64,000 nucleotides of DNA, taken from NCBI RefSeq assembly GCF_024521635.1, contig NW_026250406.1:744001-808000 (forward strand). The letters run 5' to 3'. This DNA comes from Tricharina praecox. Lineage: Eukaryota. Under the pieces are notes generated by a model. The model made no database searches and was not told the DNA's origin. It saw only the letters and a program-made list of their open reading frames with translations. Within the stretch, counting starts at the first letter, position 1. The number at the start of each line of letters is the position of its first letter. Of the stretch, positions 15,432 to 28,795 are shown piece by piece. A program made the position numbers and the translations under genes.

Positions 15432-18400
15432 ATGACTTCCTACACCTGCAACTCTCTCCAATGCTCCGCCAAATTTGACTCCGACAACGAACTCTGGTCT
15501 CATGTCATGGCGGAACATCCGGAAGCGCCGCCCCGCGCTGAGCCCGCGCACAATTCTACCGGAGTTGGGCTTCGTGGCGTTGGCAACGCGGCCCATCAGA
15601 GCATGTCACCTCGCGGCGAGCCCGAGCACGACACCGCTCGCAGACGAGGCGGGGCAATAGCACTAGGAGGAACGGGCGATGTGGCACCAGGAGGCGCAGC
15701 GAGAGGCGCGGGCGGAGGATCGCGTACAAGGTGGGGGTGAGCCTCAGATCATCCGACTCTCTCCTTCTCCCCTTTCACGAGCTGATTTTGAGTTTCAGGC
15801 CGTCGGCGACAGTGGATGTGCAAGCGGTCAAAATGCCTTCTCGCGACAAAGGAGGTGATCCCTCGTCGAAACTCTCGACCCGCACCGCGCAGCTGGAGAT
15901 CGCACCGCGAAACACCGATGTCGCACAACGAAATGTTTCCCCTCCGGCAAAGCGCAATGCATCTCAGATCAGTGCAGCGGATATGAGCACGAAACAAGAA
16001 AACAAGCCGCCCCACCCCAGCTCCGGAAAAAGAGTTCGGGCACCACCGCAAACGAGGAAAAGTGTGTACTAACTCTTCCCCCCGTACCCAGAAGATCTAC
16101 TGACCGATTTCTTAGGTCAGCCGCGCTCGCAGAATCGGAAACAGGTAGAGCCGGATCCAGCCTTCATCAGGAACCTGGGGTCTCCCCGGGACGACGACGG
16201 AAACCGCACGAAGCGTCTGTTCAACCCGGACCGAGACGATGCTAGGACCTTCAAGCCCCACCAGCCAGCGCCGCCGAGCGCAGATCCAGTGCCTACTGAA
16301 GATGCACGGCGGAGAAAGGTGGCAAGAAACCATCGCCCATCTGCCGGTATCCTCCAGAAGGATATACCACAACTGCAACAACAGTCACCACACCCCCCCA
16401 CACCAGTCGCGATCGTGCAACGTAATCCTGCCCCCGTGCCGAGACCCGTGAAACAAGAGCCGGATCATCAACCGCCCTCTCTTCCTCACGTGATTGCCCT
16501 GCCAAATGAGAGCGAGGAACGCCTCAGGATGGTACGGCAGCCAGTGACCCGGCCGATCAGCCCCGAGCAACTCATTGCCGAAGTTAAAGGGATCTATGCC
16601 GGCTTGATAATGGTCGAAGCCAAGTGTTGTGAAGTCGATGCGAAGCAACACCAAGCCGCTTTAGAAATGGACAGTAACATGCCCTCGTTGAACAACGAGC
16701 AATGGTCCGTACTAGCCCCCCCGCCTATCATATAAGAATGTAGGAAATAACAGGATCCATGTCTGCAGGCAAGCCCTTATAGCATTACACAGAACACTTT
16801 TGCACGAACATCACGATTTCTTTCTGGCCTCGCAACACCCGTCCGCGAGTCCTTCTTTGAAGCGACTCGCGCAGAAGTACGCGATGCCGGCCAGGATGTG
16901 GAGACATGGTATCCACAGCTTTCTAGAGCTACTACGCCACCGCTTGCCTCATTCTCTCGAGCACATGTTGACTTTCATATATCTAGCTTACTCGATGATG
17001 GCCCTATTATACGAGACAGTGCCCGCTTTCGAGGATACCTGGATTGAGTGTCTTGGGGATCTTGGAAGATACCGAATGGCTATCGAGGATGATGATGTCC
17101 GTGACAGGGAAGTCTGGCAGAACGTTGCGCGGTTTTGGTACAGTAAGGCAGCAGACAAGACGCCAGCTGTCGGTAGACTCTACCATCATCTCGCAATCTT
17201 GGCGAGGCCCAATATCTTGCAACAACTCTTTTACTATTGCAAGAGTTTGGGTGTTAGCCAGCCCTTCAGCTCCGCCCGGGAATCGATCCTGACAGTCTTC
17301 GATCCTATCTTTAACCCGGACGTGTTTAGCAGCAGAAGCCAGCCAGTTGACGCCTCATTCATTCAACTTCACTCCATCACGTTCTCCCATATTGAGTTCG
17401 AAAAGTTTGACTTTGCGCTTGATGCATTCCTAGATCTCCTTGATAAACACATCAGCCGACCTCAGTCCAAATGGAAGGTTAGTACCGCTCATATCCCTCC
17501 CCTCCATGCATATGATGCTAATAACAGTAGGTGCAAGGGTTTTACATGGCTGTCTGCAACATTACCTCTCTGTACCAGTACGGCGCACGTGATAGTTTGC
17601 TTCGGAAAGCTTGGAAGGAAAGCCGGAAGACCCATCCCTCTGCCGAGGCGGGCGCCGTTGGAGACGAAGAAATGGAAGAGGCACCGCCCACCGATGTCGA
17701 AGCGGAAGCCGCAATCGCCACCCTACTTCCCCCGTACGGGACTAACCCAGAGCATGTGGACCCTATAAATGCGACGGATGACAAAGAAATGGACCCAGAA
17801 AGCGCCGGTCTCGCCCAGTCCATCCAGGAGATATCGCTCAATGTATCGAAGCGCCTGGCGTTTACCGTGCTCGGCCTTGCGCTCGATCGCATCAATGATG
17901 CCAACACATTGCCCCATACTCACGCATGGATGGTCTTCGTCGAGCACCTCACCAACTCGGTTGCGGCCATGCGTCTGATAGAGATGGAGTTTCCCTGGAA
18001 GTCTTTGGTTGACATGCTCAATGACATGCGTCTCGCGTACGATGGTGCGGCGGAGAAGATCGAGGGCAAGACATTCCCGGTCCCCGATAAGGGCGTGGGC
18101 AGGCCACTCCCCGAAGACTACAATCTACGTGGGTTTGACTGGGCCAAGAGATATTTCCCGGCTCGCTGGTTCGAGGACGCGCAGGTAAGATCCGAAGGTC
18201 ATAATATTGGGATGTCGCGTGCTGACTGTTTGGAGATTGATAACGAGGAACGTACGCAAGAGCTGCCGTCGATGACCAACATCCGGCGCGAGCGCATTCT
18301 GTGGCTTGCTTTGAGAATCTGCGCGACAGATGACTGGATAGTATACGATGAGGGAATGAAGACCTTCGCTCTGCATACTGCATTGCTGCAACGTATGGAA

Positions 18401-19430
18401 GAGGCGAGCAAGCGGGCAGCTGCGGCAGCTGCGAGGCGAGAGAGGCGTGGGCGGGCGTTGGCCGATGATGACGATGTTGACATGACGACCACTGGATACA
18501 GCAACTCCGACGAAGAGGATTATGTCATGGTGCCACCTGCGCTGCTGGAACTCAAGAAGAAGAGGCGCCAGCTCCAAGCTCAACTTCAAGCCGGGCCACT
18601 TGGCCATGTCATCACGCCAGAGGCCATCGCCGAGGTTTCTCGATCCGCTATCGTCAAAGGCCCGGAGGCGCTGGACGCGCAAATTACTGCCTTTGTCGTG
18701 GACACCAACTTGTTGGTGAGCCATCTGGAGACATTCAACTTGGTCACGAGGGAAGGATGGACAGTCATCATTCCGAATTCTGGTAAGCGGTAGAATTCGA
18801 CCAGTGAGCTGTACTGTTTTAACCATTTTCCGTACAGTGATTACCGAACTCTCGGGCCTTGCAAACAACTCTTCCGTCGGGGATTCGGCCAAGAGCGCCA
18901 TGATAGCCATCAACAAGGCAATTGCTGATAAAGCTAACATCCGGATCATCACCGCGAAGGGGAACGACGTCACAAAGGCCGGATTCTTCAAGGAGAAGGT
19001 GGAGCGGGACGAAAATGAAATCCGCAACACTGACGACATTATCATCCGTACTACCCGCCACCAAGCGGAGTCGCGTCGTTACGCGTTTGCGTCCAAGGGC
19101 GTTATCGGATATGCCGCTCAGCCTGCCATTCTTCTGACCGAGGACACCAATATGCGCGTTAAGGCTAACGCGCGTGGAGTCCCGGCCATGTCGACTACGA
19201 TCCTCAAAAAGTTCTTGGTGCAGTTGAGACCCAAAAGGCCGTCTCCTCGAAGACCTGAGAAGAAGTCGGCCGCCCCGGTTGTTAAAATCAAGTCTGAATA
19301 CGATGATGAGGATGATTTGCCTATGCCGGATATGCCGGAAATAAAGGACTCGAAGCCCATGAGAAACAATCCTGCGGTTGTCGAGCCACGGTGGAAAACG
19401 GAAACCCCAAGTTACTCCCCTACTCGGTAG
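15432..19430 (+). CDS. Est1/SMG6-like protein (Est1 TPR-like DNA/RNA-binding domain plus C-terminal PIN nuclease) with a predicted N-terminal C2H2 zinc finger
   Basis: Exons approx 15432-15736, 15799-16061 (alternative donor 16034), ~16116-16704, 16769-17477, 17531-18184, 18236-18782, 18838-19430. Conserved fungal Est1-like block QLIAEVKGIYAGLIMVEAKC..EQWQALIALHRTLLHEHHDFFLASQHP..MPARMWRHGIHSFLELLR..WIECLGDLGRYRMAIE..GRLYHHLAILARP, and PLPEDYNLRG. PIN motifs FVVDTN, VITELSGL, NTDDII, LLTEDTNMRVKA. Confidence 0.9.
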
Positions 19431-22400
19431 GTGGGATTAAATTAGTGGGACGACGGGAGTGGGAGGGTGGGAATGAAAATGGGGAGGAGACCTTCGTCTA
19501 CCGCAATGGACAGCACTAGCCTTGTCAGGACGTACACGGGTGGGATCAAGGTCAGCACACGGTTCTCTTCTGAGCCCGTTGCGGTCGATACACACTCGGA
19601 GAACACGCTAGGAGACATAGTGCCATTCGGTAAACCGCACACACGGCACGGAGGTACCAGGGATTTGTTTTAGGTTTTCTTTTCTTTCTCGTTGGTATGT
19701 GCTTTACATGGGAAATGGGTCTTGTTTTTTTGTTCGGTTTGTATTCTGTATTTCTGTATCGTGCGTGAATTGTGTGAATTGCGACTGTCCAATAGAGAAT
19801 TACTTGTGTTTCCACGGATTGTTCTCTCATGTGTCCCATATCCATCTCGACACCTATCCCACTTTCCGCCTTGCGCGACTGTCTGCGCTGGTCACGGTAC
19901 GTACATACTCCGGTCACTAAACCTCCCTCCCCCCCCCTCCCCTATGCAGAATATGTACTGACACTTGTCTAGGCCGGTTGACCCTCACCCAGCGGACCGG
20001 ATCCTAGGTACGTTGTACTTGCGCTGAGGTTCCTACTCAGATACCTAACAGATACTTTGACTAAGAACATAGGTACCTTCTCACTTACTTGCTCAAGTAG
20101 CTCAAAGCACATTCTCTCTTGGAGCCCGTCAGTACTAGACACCGGCGCGACTTTGTTCCAATATCTAGCAACAGCGACTACAGCAGCCACAACCTCAGCC
20201 ACAGCCACAACTTCAACCTCAGCCACCGCCACAGCAGCAAGGGGTGCTGCAATGCGAACCACCACACGCCACAAGCTCCTGATCCTGTGCGCACTCCACC
20301 CTCCACCTCCCCTAGGATCATACCTAGCACAACTCTCACGTTCATTCCTTCATCACACCCCTGTCGAACCAAGCGCTGTTCAGAATGATCCCAAGCCCTG
20401 TCGCAGGCATGGTGCGCACTCGCATATCTGCAGCAGCAATCTCATCCACCACATCCGCATCCACACATCCACACATCCAGGGGATGGTAGGGGGCGTTGG
20501 ACTCGTATGTGTGAAGGAAGGGAAGGGAAGGTGGAGGAGCCTAGGAGATGGAGGGTTGCCCTGCCGGAAAGGAATGGATGGCAAGGGATGGCAAGGGATG
20601 GAATACCCGACGTACGTACGTGCCGCGAATTGGAAGGCCATACGGACAACTACGATCGACTCGACAAGACTCGACAAGACTCGACACGGCGTGCGCGCAG
20701 GTGGGTGGGGGGCGGGGGGGCGGAGGGCGGAGGCGACGCGGGGGTGACGCGATGGGAAAGACACTTCGCAGTTTTTCTGTCTGAGGCTTTCTCTGTCTAA
20801 TCATTGGAGTTCACAGGATCCGTGTCTGTATGTCGTATAATCTTTTCTCTCTCTTTTTGAGTTGAGAATTCTTGATTTGCGTCATCAGGCGATTCGAGAG
20901 GATTTTTTGTGGGCGCGCTCCGCCTCCTTCCTCTCGGCTTTGGGGCCGAGACTTGATTAGCTGGGTTTGTTGGTAGGTGCGCTGTCTGTCTGGCAGTCAG
21001 CAAGAGCAGTGTGCGGTGTGCAGACCCAGAGTGCGGTGCGGTGTGATCATCGTAAAAGCGTGGATCGATCGGTGCGGGAACATGATTGGCGTTGAACTTG
21101 CAACAGAGCCAATCACAAGATGCAGATTTTGAAGCGACGGAGGGAGCGCTGGAGCAGTGGGGTGTGCTTCTGAATATTTATTTATTTTCGCACGCCAACG
21201 GAAAGGATTGCACTTTTGCAATTGCAAACTTGAAGACGGGATCGTCTTGTCTACGTACCCAACTAACAAACACAACTGTTTTTTTGCATCCCCCCGCAAG
21301 GAAGGCTCGCCGGTCGCGACCTAAGAAAGCCCTGGCAGAGCTTGCTACATATGCACAGTGCACACTACATACTTGTTCTCTGAGTAAGGACGGATACCTT
21401 CCCACCCCGGTAGATGACGAAAACCACCAGTCTCTGATCCTTCGCAACCAGCAAGCTCGCTTGCGGCTACGCTCACAGGGTTCCCCGAAACGGAAGTCGA
21501 ACAACGGAAAATCAGGTTACTTATTTTGAGCTGAGGCCTCAGGCGACCGCCGACCGGATGGAATCATGGAAGGCTATCATACCTACAGGAATTCGCAGCA
21601 GCCGCTTCCGTCCCATGACGGCACCCTAGAGGACGTCACAAAGAAGTCCGCGCCGCGTCGCGCAAGGCTCTCGGAACACGCCCGAAACGACCGGACGGCT
21701 GCGATAGAGTGGAGTGGGGACATGCCGGGGATATGCCGGAGGCGACGGTGCTCACTGCTCACTGCTTCCTGGGGTGATGGAAGCGCGCATGTTGGAAGGT
21801 TGCAATGGGGCTGCGACTTCGAGTGGCCACGGAGATGGCCATGGCCATGGGATGCGATGCGATGGGGCAGAAAGTGGCAAGGAAGGAAGGGTGGGACCGA
21901 ACGCGGTCGTTGGGCCGATGATTTGCTTGTGCTCAGTGCTCACAGCTCACTGGTCGTAGATACTTATGAACCATTCCTGCATTTGGGATTCGAGACTTGA
22001 GAGCGCCGTTAACTGGTTGACTATCTACTAGTAAGTTGTAACTCGTATCATACTTGTACTCTGGGAAACTATCTATGGCGCTACGATATTGTTCGCGACA
22101 AGGGCTGACAGCGCATACGGCCAACCAAATCCATAGCCTTGTCATCCTTTCGCCGCCTCAGGCACCGATGGGCCATTCCATCACAGTTGCTAGCTTAGTA
22201 CGGTGTCATTGTCGTTAATTCCTATATCTTTGCGGGCCTTTAATGTGGGTGAGCCGCAGAGTCATACGTACCCGGATAGCGGGATAGTGGGATTCATGTG
22301 TCGTCTCCCGGAGTCGATAATGCAGCCGACAGTCTAACCATCTAACTAGTACCTAGCCATACCGGCGGGTTAACTACCCATACACAGCAGTCACTCCATG

Positions 22401-23671
22401 ACCAATGACCTTCGCTTTTGCGCACAGCCGTGTGGAGCCATGGAAGGTGACTCTCCTTCCGTGGCAAGGAAAATCTGACGGCGAAGTGATACGTATGGGA
22501 CGTCCAGGTTCGAGGGGCGGGAACGAGTTGGGATGATAGCAGCGGTGATTGTGATAGCCGTGACAACTGTGCCGACGGGGCACGTGGGGTGCCTGGGTGG
22601 AGGGTTCCCGACTCCAATCCAATCGAGCCGTGGTCCGTGGGGCTTCATGTGCGCGCAGAGGAGCAGTGCAGCCTTACGTACGTACTCCAGACGGCAACTA
22701 GTTATACCGGAGCCTTGTTTCCCAGGCCTGCATTTAAACTGCACTGATATTTCTTGTCCCGGCTATTGACTGGGCACATCCCGCTTCATCCCGCGTCTTC
22801 CGGCGCGCCAGCATGTCATATCAATGTCTCCAGAAGATCAAACAGCGCACATCGCACCGCACTGCGCCGCCGTGAAGTTCGGAAAGCTTAAAGTTTAAAG
22901 TTTAAAGTTTATTTGTACGTCGGCGTCCACGGTCACTGCGCGCGGCGAACATTAGTTAGCTGTCGGGGGATGTGCACACGCTGCGTTTCGAGAGTTCGCC
23001 TATGTACGCACACAACTACATAGGGGGGGGTTCCGTCTCATGATGGAGATCAGCGTGGCGGTTCCTGCGTCCAACCGAGCTGCGGAAACGGAAACATGGG
23101 CGAGGAGTAAGCGCTAGTTACTCGATACGATCACTAGGAATAGTGTTCGCACGCGCGTGCGAGGTAGGTTAGGCACGTGGTTTTGTTCAGCTTTTGCCGT
23201 TTGGGGGATCGTCTACCTGGGTAGAGTAGGACGCAGTATGCTCTACGAGTAGAGTATATTATGCGTTCCCACCCTACGATACGGCGGCGTGCTCCATGTG
23301 TTAATTGTACGAAACCCACGAAATGAGGGAGTGAGTGCGCAAACTACACAGTGGCAATCAATGTGATGTGATACTTGTGTACATTATCCCCTACAGTATC
23401 TAGTGGATATCCTTACACCTTCCAGAATCCACATTTTGAGGATCAGCTGTAAAATCGCACCCACGCAATCCCTACTCAACTCGACGTAATTTCTCAGTCG
23501 ATGTTAGGCGGTTATGCACTCTATTCTATGCACCACGGACTTCATCTCCGTCTCAAGTCAGCCGTTGCACATCTTCTAACCTGTGCACGCGGGTCCATAG
23601 GGGAAATTGGAACGGAAAGGGTGCGCAAGCACCTAGAAAAGAACTGAGCGCGGTGTGTTCCATGTGTGTGT

Positions 23672-23698
23672 GGGGGGGGGGGGGGGGGGGGGGGGGGG
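23672..23698 (+). repeat. poly-G homopolymer (~27 nt)
   Basis: Direct run of G following tgtgtgtgt. Confidence 0.9.
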
Positions 23699-25171
23699 AT
23701 AGGTAATTAATCGAGCGCCATTTCGTGGTCGGTGTTTGGTTTCGTATTGGATGTGCGGCGCCCGAAACGGGTTTCGTAAATATGTCGAACTGTGTCGAAT
23801 CGATTGCCCGAGGCCGTAATTTGTGTGTGTTTTTTAACAGGCCGATAACTATTATCCACCGTGGATCGATACTCTACTCTACTCTACCTATTACTTTATG
23901 CTGTGATGCTGTGATAGGTATGTACTCTAGATACTCTAGATAGGGCCGGTCGGGCTCTGCGGCGACAAAATCCTGAGCTCGCGCAAATCCGCTGCTCAAT
24001 CGCTAGAGTATTCAACCCTACAACCTCCCTCGAGACTTACATATGGCCCACATGGGTGATGTGCGCAGAAATCTAAGACATGCATACAGTATATCACTAT
24101 AAGATATGTGATATGTGGAAGAAACGAAGCTCTGCAGTGCGCAGTACACAGCAGTCCAGAGTCGACTGCTGTGTGTCACGAATTCCCAAATTAGAACACC
24201 ATCCTACAGGCTACCGCAGGCTTCTCGATTCCTCGATTCAGCCTGTTGAAGGACAAACGATTATCAAATGTTTCATCGACTGTTTAGTGATTTCGTTGGT
24301 AAGATGATTCCGTGATGGTTGGCGACGAGGATGGGAAGGGGTTGCATCCCACTGAGCACATCGAGATCAGGGTGGAGCGCGCTGCACCGTCTGCCGCGAT
24401 CACCGAGCACCACCACAGAACACCACCGCCGAGCATATCTGCATTACGCACACGCTCGCCCCCCGCTTTTACGTATGTCGGCTCTGATCCGTGGCAACAC
24501 TGTGGATCCGAAGGAAGATCCTCCTCACTCCGCCTCCCTTCCTCCCTTCCTATCAGGCGTGCGCTCGCATCCAAGGACTTAGTAAGCTCAGGCGCCATCG
24601 TCATGCGACCAGCATCCGGCTTCGTAGTGAGCCTAGGAATATCGCTGTACTATCATAGGTAGTGTAGTACACAGTGGATGCCAGGTGAGCTGGGTATGGT
24701 ATTCCGACGTTTGGATCGTTCGCACCAATGACATCCGCAGCGACGGATGCGAGCTACGTAAAGCGGACTGATTCACGGGATTATATCGAGTAATATCTTG
24801 TGAATATCATCGCGAGTGATATCATATGATTTCTCGCCTCGACGCTGTAGTGCTGCACTGGGGGTCAAGGTGAGCGGGGGTGGGAGCAAACGGGATATTA
24901 ATGTGGCTGCCCAGTTCGAGGAGGAGCACTCGACCGCAGCTGGCAACGGACGAGGTGGTGCTCCAGAGTTCTGTAGTGGTTTGGAGCTGGGGTGGAGCGG
25001 ATCCGCCGGTACGGTGATGGATGCCGGATGATGGTCGTCGGTGTGGCCGTTACCACTTCGGCTGCGCTCTACAGTGTGTGCTGGATCTGTGACTGCTTCT
25101 GGCTGCCAGTGAATATTCGTCGACCACGGCGCGAGGTGGATATCCGGGCATGGTGGTCCAGACTCCAATAT

Positions 25172-25376
25172 GTACTTCACACAGGCCCTGACGGTTCGAG
25201 CCACTGCCATCGCTCTTTCAATGGGTTATCGCAAGTCCATGGGACCATTCGAGTAGGGATCCTCGCGCGGTGGTTCAGTACTTGACACAGGTCCTGACGC
25301 TCTGAGCCACTGCCACCGCTCTTTCACTGGGCTACCACGAGTCCACGGCACCATCCTCGCCAGGATCCTCGCGCGG
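25172..25376. repeat. Diverged tandem duplication, period 106 bp
   Basis: gtacttcacacaggccctgacggttcgagccactgccatcgctctttc...ggatcctcgcgcgg (25172-25270) versus gtacttgacacaggtcctgacgctctgagccactgccaccgctctttc...ggatcctcgcgcgg (25278-25376). Confidence 0.85.
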
Positions 25377-25955
25377 ACACGGGAGTCATGTCACTGAGCG
25401 ATGACTCGGTTGTTATAGTTATACCGGGTTGGGCCGGTATGATTTCCGTGACAACAGCCAACCGTGAGTCTTCGCTGTGCACTGCGTACGCTGCTCACTC
25501 GCTGTAGCCTTCAAAACACGACATCACGCTTCTTCCCTGGAAATTGCGAACTGGCCTGGAACGGGCCTGGAGGGTTATGGGCCAACAGAACAGCCGAGAA
25601 GCAGCCGCGGCCCGGCCATGTAGTCAGTGCTATGCACTCGCCACGGAAGGGCCATCAGTGCTCGCCGGTCGGTGTGTACATGCAAGGTACGTATCAGTGC
25701 TCCCCACGGTATATATACTGAAGATTTCCTGGCGAAAACCCCCATGCCCGCGAAGGTGCATTCCGTCAGCTGCTTCCGAAATAAGTATGTATGCACGTAT
25801 ACAGAGCGATCGACACTCGCCTCGAAAGGCTGAAAACCCTTCATTTGCACTAACCTCTCCTTACGGGTGCGCCGGCTAGATCCTGTGTTCCCTGGTGTGA
25901 TCTGTTCGGCAGAAGAGGTAGTAATCGCGTGTTGACCTGGTAAGATATATACCGG

Positions 25956-26011
25956 TATCACGTGATAAGCACACCACTCACGTGATCGATGTCTTCGCAG
26001 CAACACGTGAC
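25956..26011. promoter_or_regulatory. Cluster of three CACGTG E-boxes (candidate bHLH binding sites)
   Basis: TATCACGTGATA (25956-25967), CTCACGTGAT (25977-25986), AACACGTGAC (26002-26011). Confidence 0.4.
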
Positions 26012-28551
26012 AACCGGTCCTGCACCTGACGATACACCCACAGGAGAAGCTCGCCAATCCCAGACGAATTCGCTGGCTGAGCGGGGTTGAAGCCACCTCG
26101 GAATTCTACCAAGGTCGACAAAGATCCCACTCGAATCATGGGCACGCACTCGCCGACTACCCAGCTGCATTTGGAAACGCAACCGGCAAACGCCAGCTCT
26201 GCGCCGTCGCCGTCCGGGGTATCATTCTAATCCCGCGTACATCTGCTACGATAGCGTAGATAACTATGCGTGGTCAGCAGGGTCGGGCGAGGCGAAGGAT
26301 ATAATGGAATCACCGTATGTACACCGACGAGAAAGCGCGCGTGGGGGGAATGAGGTAGCGGCGAACACGCACAAGCACATGGCATCCCGAATGAAGAGGA
26401 TATACCACCAGGGAAGGGGTTTGAGGGTTTTTGGACGGCGGGCTCGGGACGCTTGGTGTGGCGGCCTCTCCTAGCCGTGGACGGAAGAATAGGCTCAGAG
26501 ACGGTTGCCCGACGAGGAGACTCCGGAGTATGTACTTCCCACTTGCTAAGGAAACCACACACGTTGTCTATCGAGCTGCCCAGAAGGTGGTGGCAGACGA
26601 CGCAGCGGGTATTCCCAGCGATGCTCACCGAAAGATATCGATCAAGTGATAGATCCGCAATATGGAGCCGCAACTGTTTTCGCACCCTCAGAGGCGCACA
26701 CACTGGCACTGTTGGTAATTGGCATTATCGACGGGATGTTGGATCCGGGCACCAGTAGTGGCTGCTGCTGCTGAGTTCTTCGGCACCGGCACCCATTTAG
26801 TACCGTCTCAAAGCGCCTTTAATTTCACGGCCTCTCCATTACCTACCTTCGAATGGGATTTCTGTTCATCAGCTTTTGCAGTGCCGACTCACGCGGAGAG
26901 GAATTGCATGACCGATACCTAGGTTCCTTGGTGGAGTAGTGAGAGACCCAAAAACAGGATGACACAAAGGCGTGATCAATTGAAAGTGAGGTCTATGACG
27001 ATGATGATGAGAAGAAAAGCAAGACGGACAGGAAGAACAATAGTGACAGCAAGAAAATTTCAACGTTTACCAACCGTATCGGGCCTGATGCAGGCCTCAC
27101 CTCCATAACACATATGACATAGGCCCGACCAGGTCCCAACAAGGTCTCCTCTCTCCAGTGCTCACTACGACGCCAAGCCTCCTCGACCTCCGCGCTCCCT
27201 CAGTAGCCGAAGAGCAGGGCTACAAACTTCCGTGTCCACCAGCACTTCACGAGCAACTACATGGCAGCATGAACCTTGCCATGGCTTCGGCGACAGCCAA
27301 CCGACGAAGCCGTTGTTTCGACGGCCCATCTCCATTCGGTGGTTGATAGCCATATCCGAATTTTCGAAGACACCGAATCATAGCATTGACCTTTGTTCCT
27401 AACTCTCAACCGTTAAACCATTGTCTTATGTACATTGTCCAGTCCGTCCATTTTCGAGGCTCGGACGATGCGGGGCTAGGTACATCGCCGTCCATCCGGA
27501 GGCCATGGCAGAAACGGGGCAGTCCCAAGGAGCCGCCGAACCGAACGGATGTATTCAAATGCTTGAACGGAATAAATGTTGGATAATGGATTTGTGAGTA
27601 ATCAACAGTTTTGATGCTCTTCGTCCTAAACGGCACCAAGTAGCCCGAGATTTCGTCTGTATGTCATGTGACTCTCCCTTCTGTGCCTTGCCAGGGACGG
27701 TAGGAAATATGTACTTGAAACAGACGGGAATTCGTTAGAAGCCTAACCAAGAGCGCTATATCTTCGCATTCCCAAGTGGAAATCCCCTATGACCGCAGGT
27801 ATTCCGTCGTATAGTCTTCGCTACTGACAGACGAGTCACGAGACCGACTGTTCAGATGTCGTCCTACCGAGGTAACCGACGGGAGCGAACCGTTGGGACC
27901 GAGAACATTGCGGCAGATAATACGACATCTACTAGAAAAAAATCGTCTCGTACATAAGCTTCCGCGCCTCCATGGCTTGTGGTGCTACTATGCTAGTAGT
28001 GCAAAAGAAATGATTTCACCCAGGCTCGATCTGGGGACCTTGTGTGTGTTAGACACATGTGATAACCAACTACACCATGAAACCATTTATGATAACATCT
28101 GGTCTAGTAATTTTATGGACTGCTGGCAATAATAATAATACCCAACGTAGAGACCCTCCCGCACCCAGGCACAAATGTAGCCTCACCAGCTCCCTGCACC
28201 CAGTGCTGATTACTCGCGATCGTGATGGGTCGAAATATATGCCGACATCTGTACTTCTGAAGAAGTCGTGTACCTACCTAAGTGCAAAGACCAGGACACA
28301 ACTTTCTATTTCGTCCCGGCAAACAGTTCAAGCTTCCGGTCCTCGATTTTGCCGCTCTTCGTCCACAAAATCCCCCACAGGTCCAATGCGCAAGGTGAAT
28401 ACTAGCAGGTACGAAGTGCGGGGCACCGGTTCAAAAGCAATCAATAGAGATAGAGATATGTCCTTGTACATTGCCCAGTATCCCCTGTACACTCCTCCCC
28501 CACAGCCACGCTCACGGGCTAACATCACTCGCCTCCGCCGAAGACCCTCCA

Positions 28552-28795
28552 TCGTCGTCCTCCTGCTCCTTTTATTCCTTGGACTTTCCCTTGATTTACG
28601 TCCACCTCGAAGACGAGTCAATGCCATTGTCGTAATCCTCCTGCTCCTTTTTCTCCTTTTTCTCCTTGGACTTTCCCTTACTTTTCGACTCCTTCAAAGA
28701 CGAGTCAATGCTATCGTCGTCCTCCTCCTGCTCCTTTTTCTCCTTGGACTTTCCCTTACTTTTCGACCCCCTCAAAGACGAGTCAATGCTATCGT
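28552..28795. repeat. Three ~75-87 bp tandem repeats at the 3' end of the AAA+ gene
   Basis: Repeated ...tcctgctcctttttctccttggactttcccttacttttcgac...agacgagtcaatgc..., encoding DDSIDSSL.SKSKGKSKEKKEQEE units on the minus strand. Confidence 0.9.

Noticed and set aside
18125..19045. 306-aa ORF on the minus strand
   Set aside because: Antisense to the Est1/PIN exons; no motifs of its own.
20057..21529. ORFs 20057-20800 and 21086-21529
   Set aside because: Non-ATG starts, low complexity, no recognisable domain or coherent exon chain.
28570..28600. RIP as the cause of the TAA stops in the AAA+ tail repeat
   Set aside because: The changes are A-to-T transversions, not C-to-T transitions, and the region is not AT-enriched.
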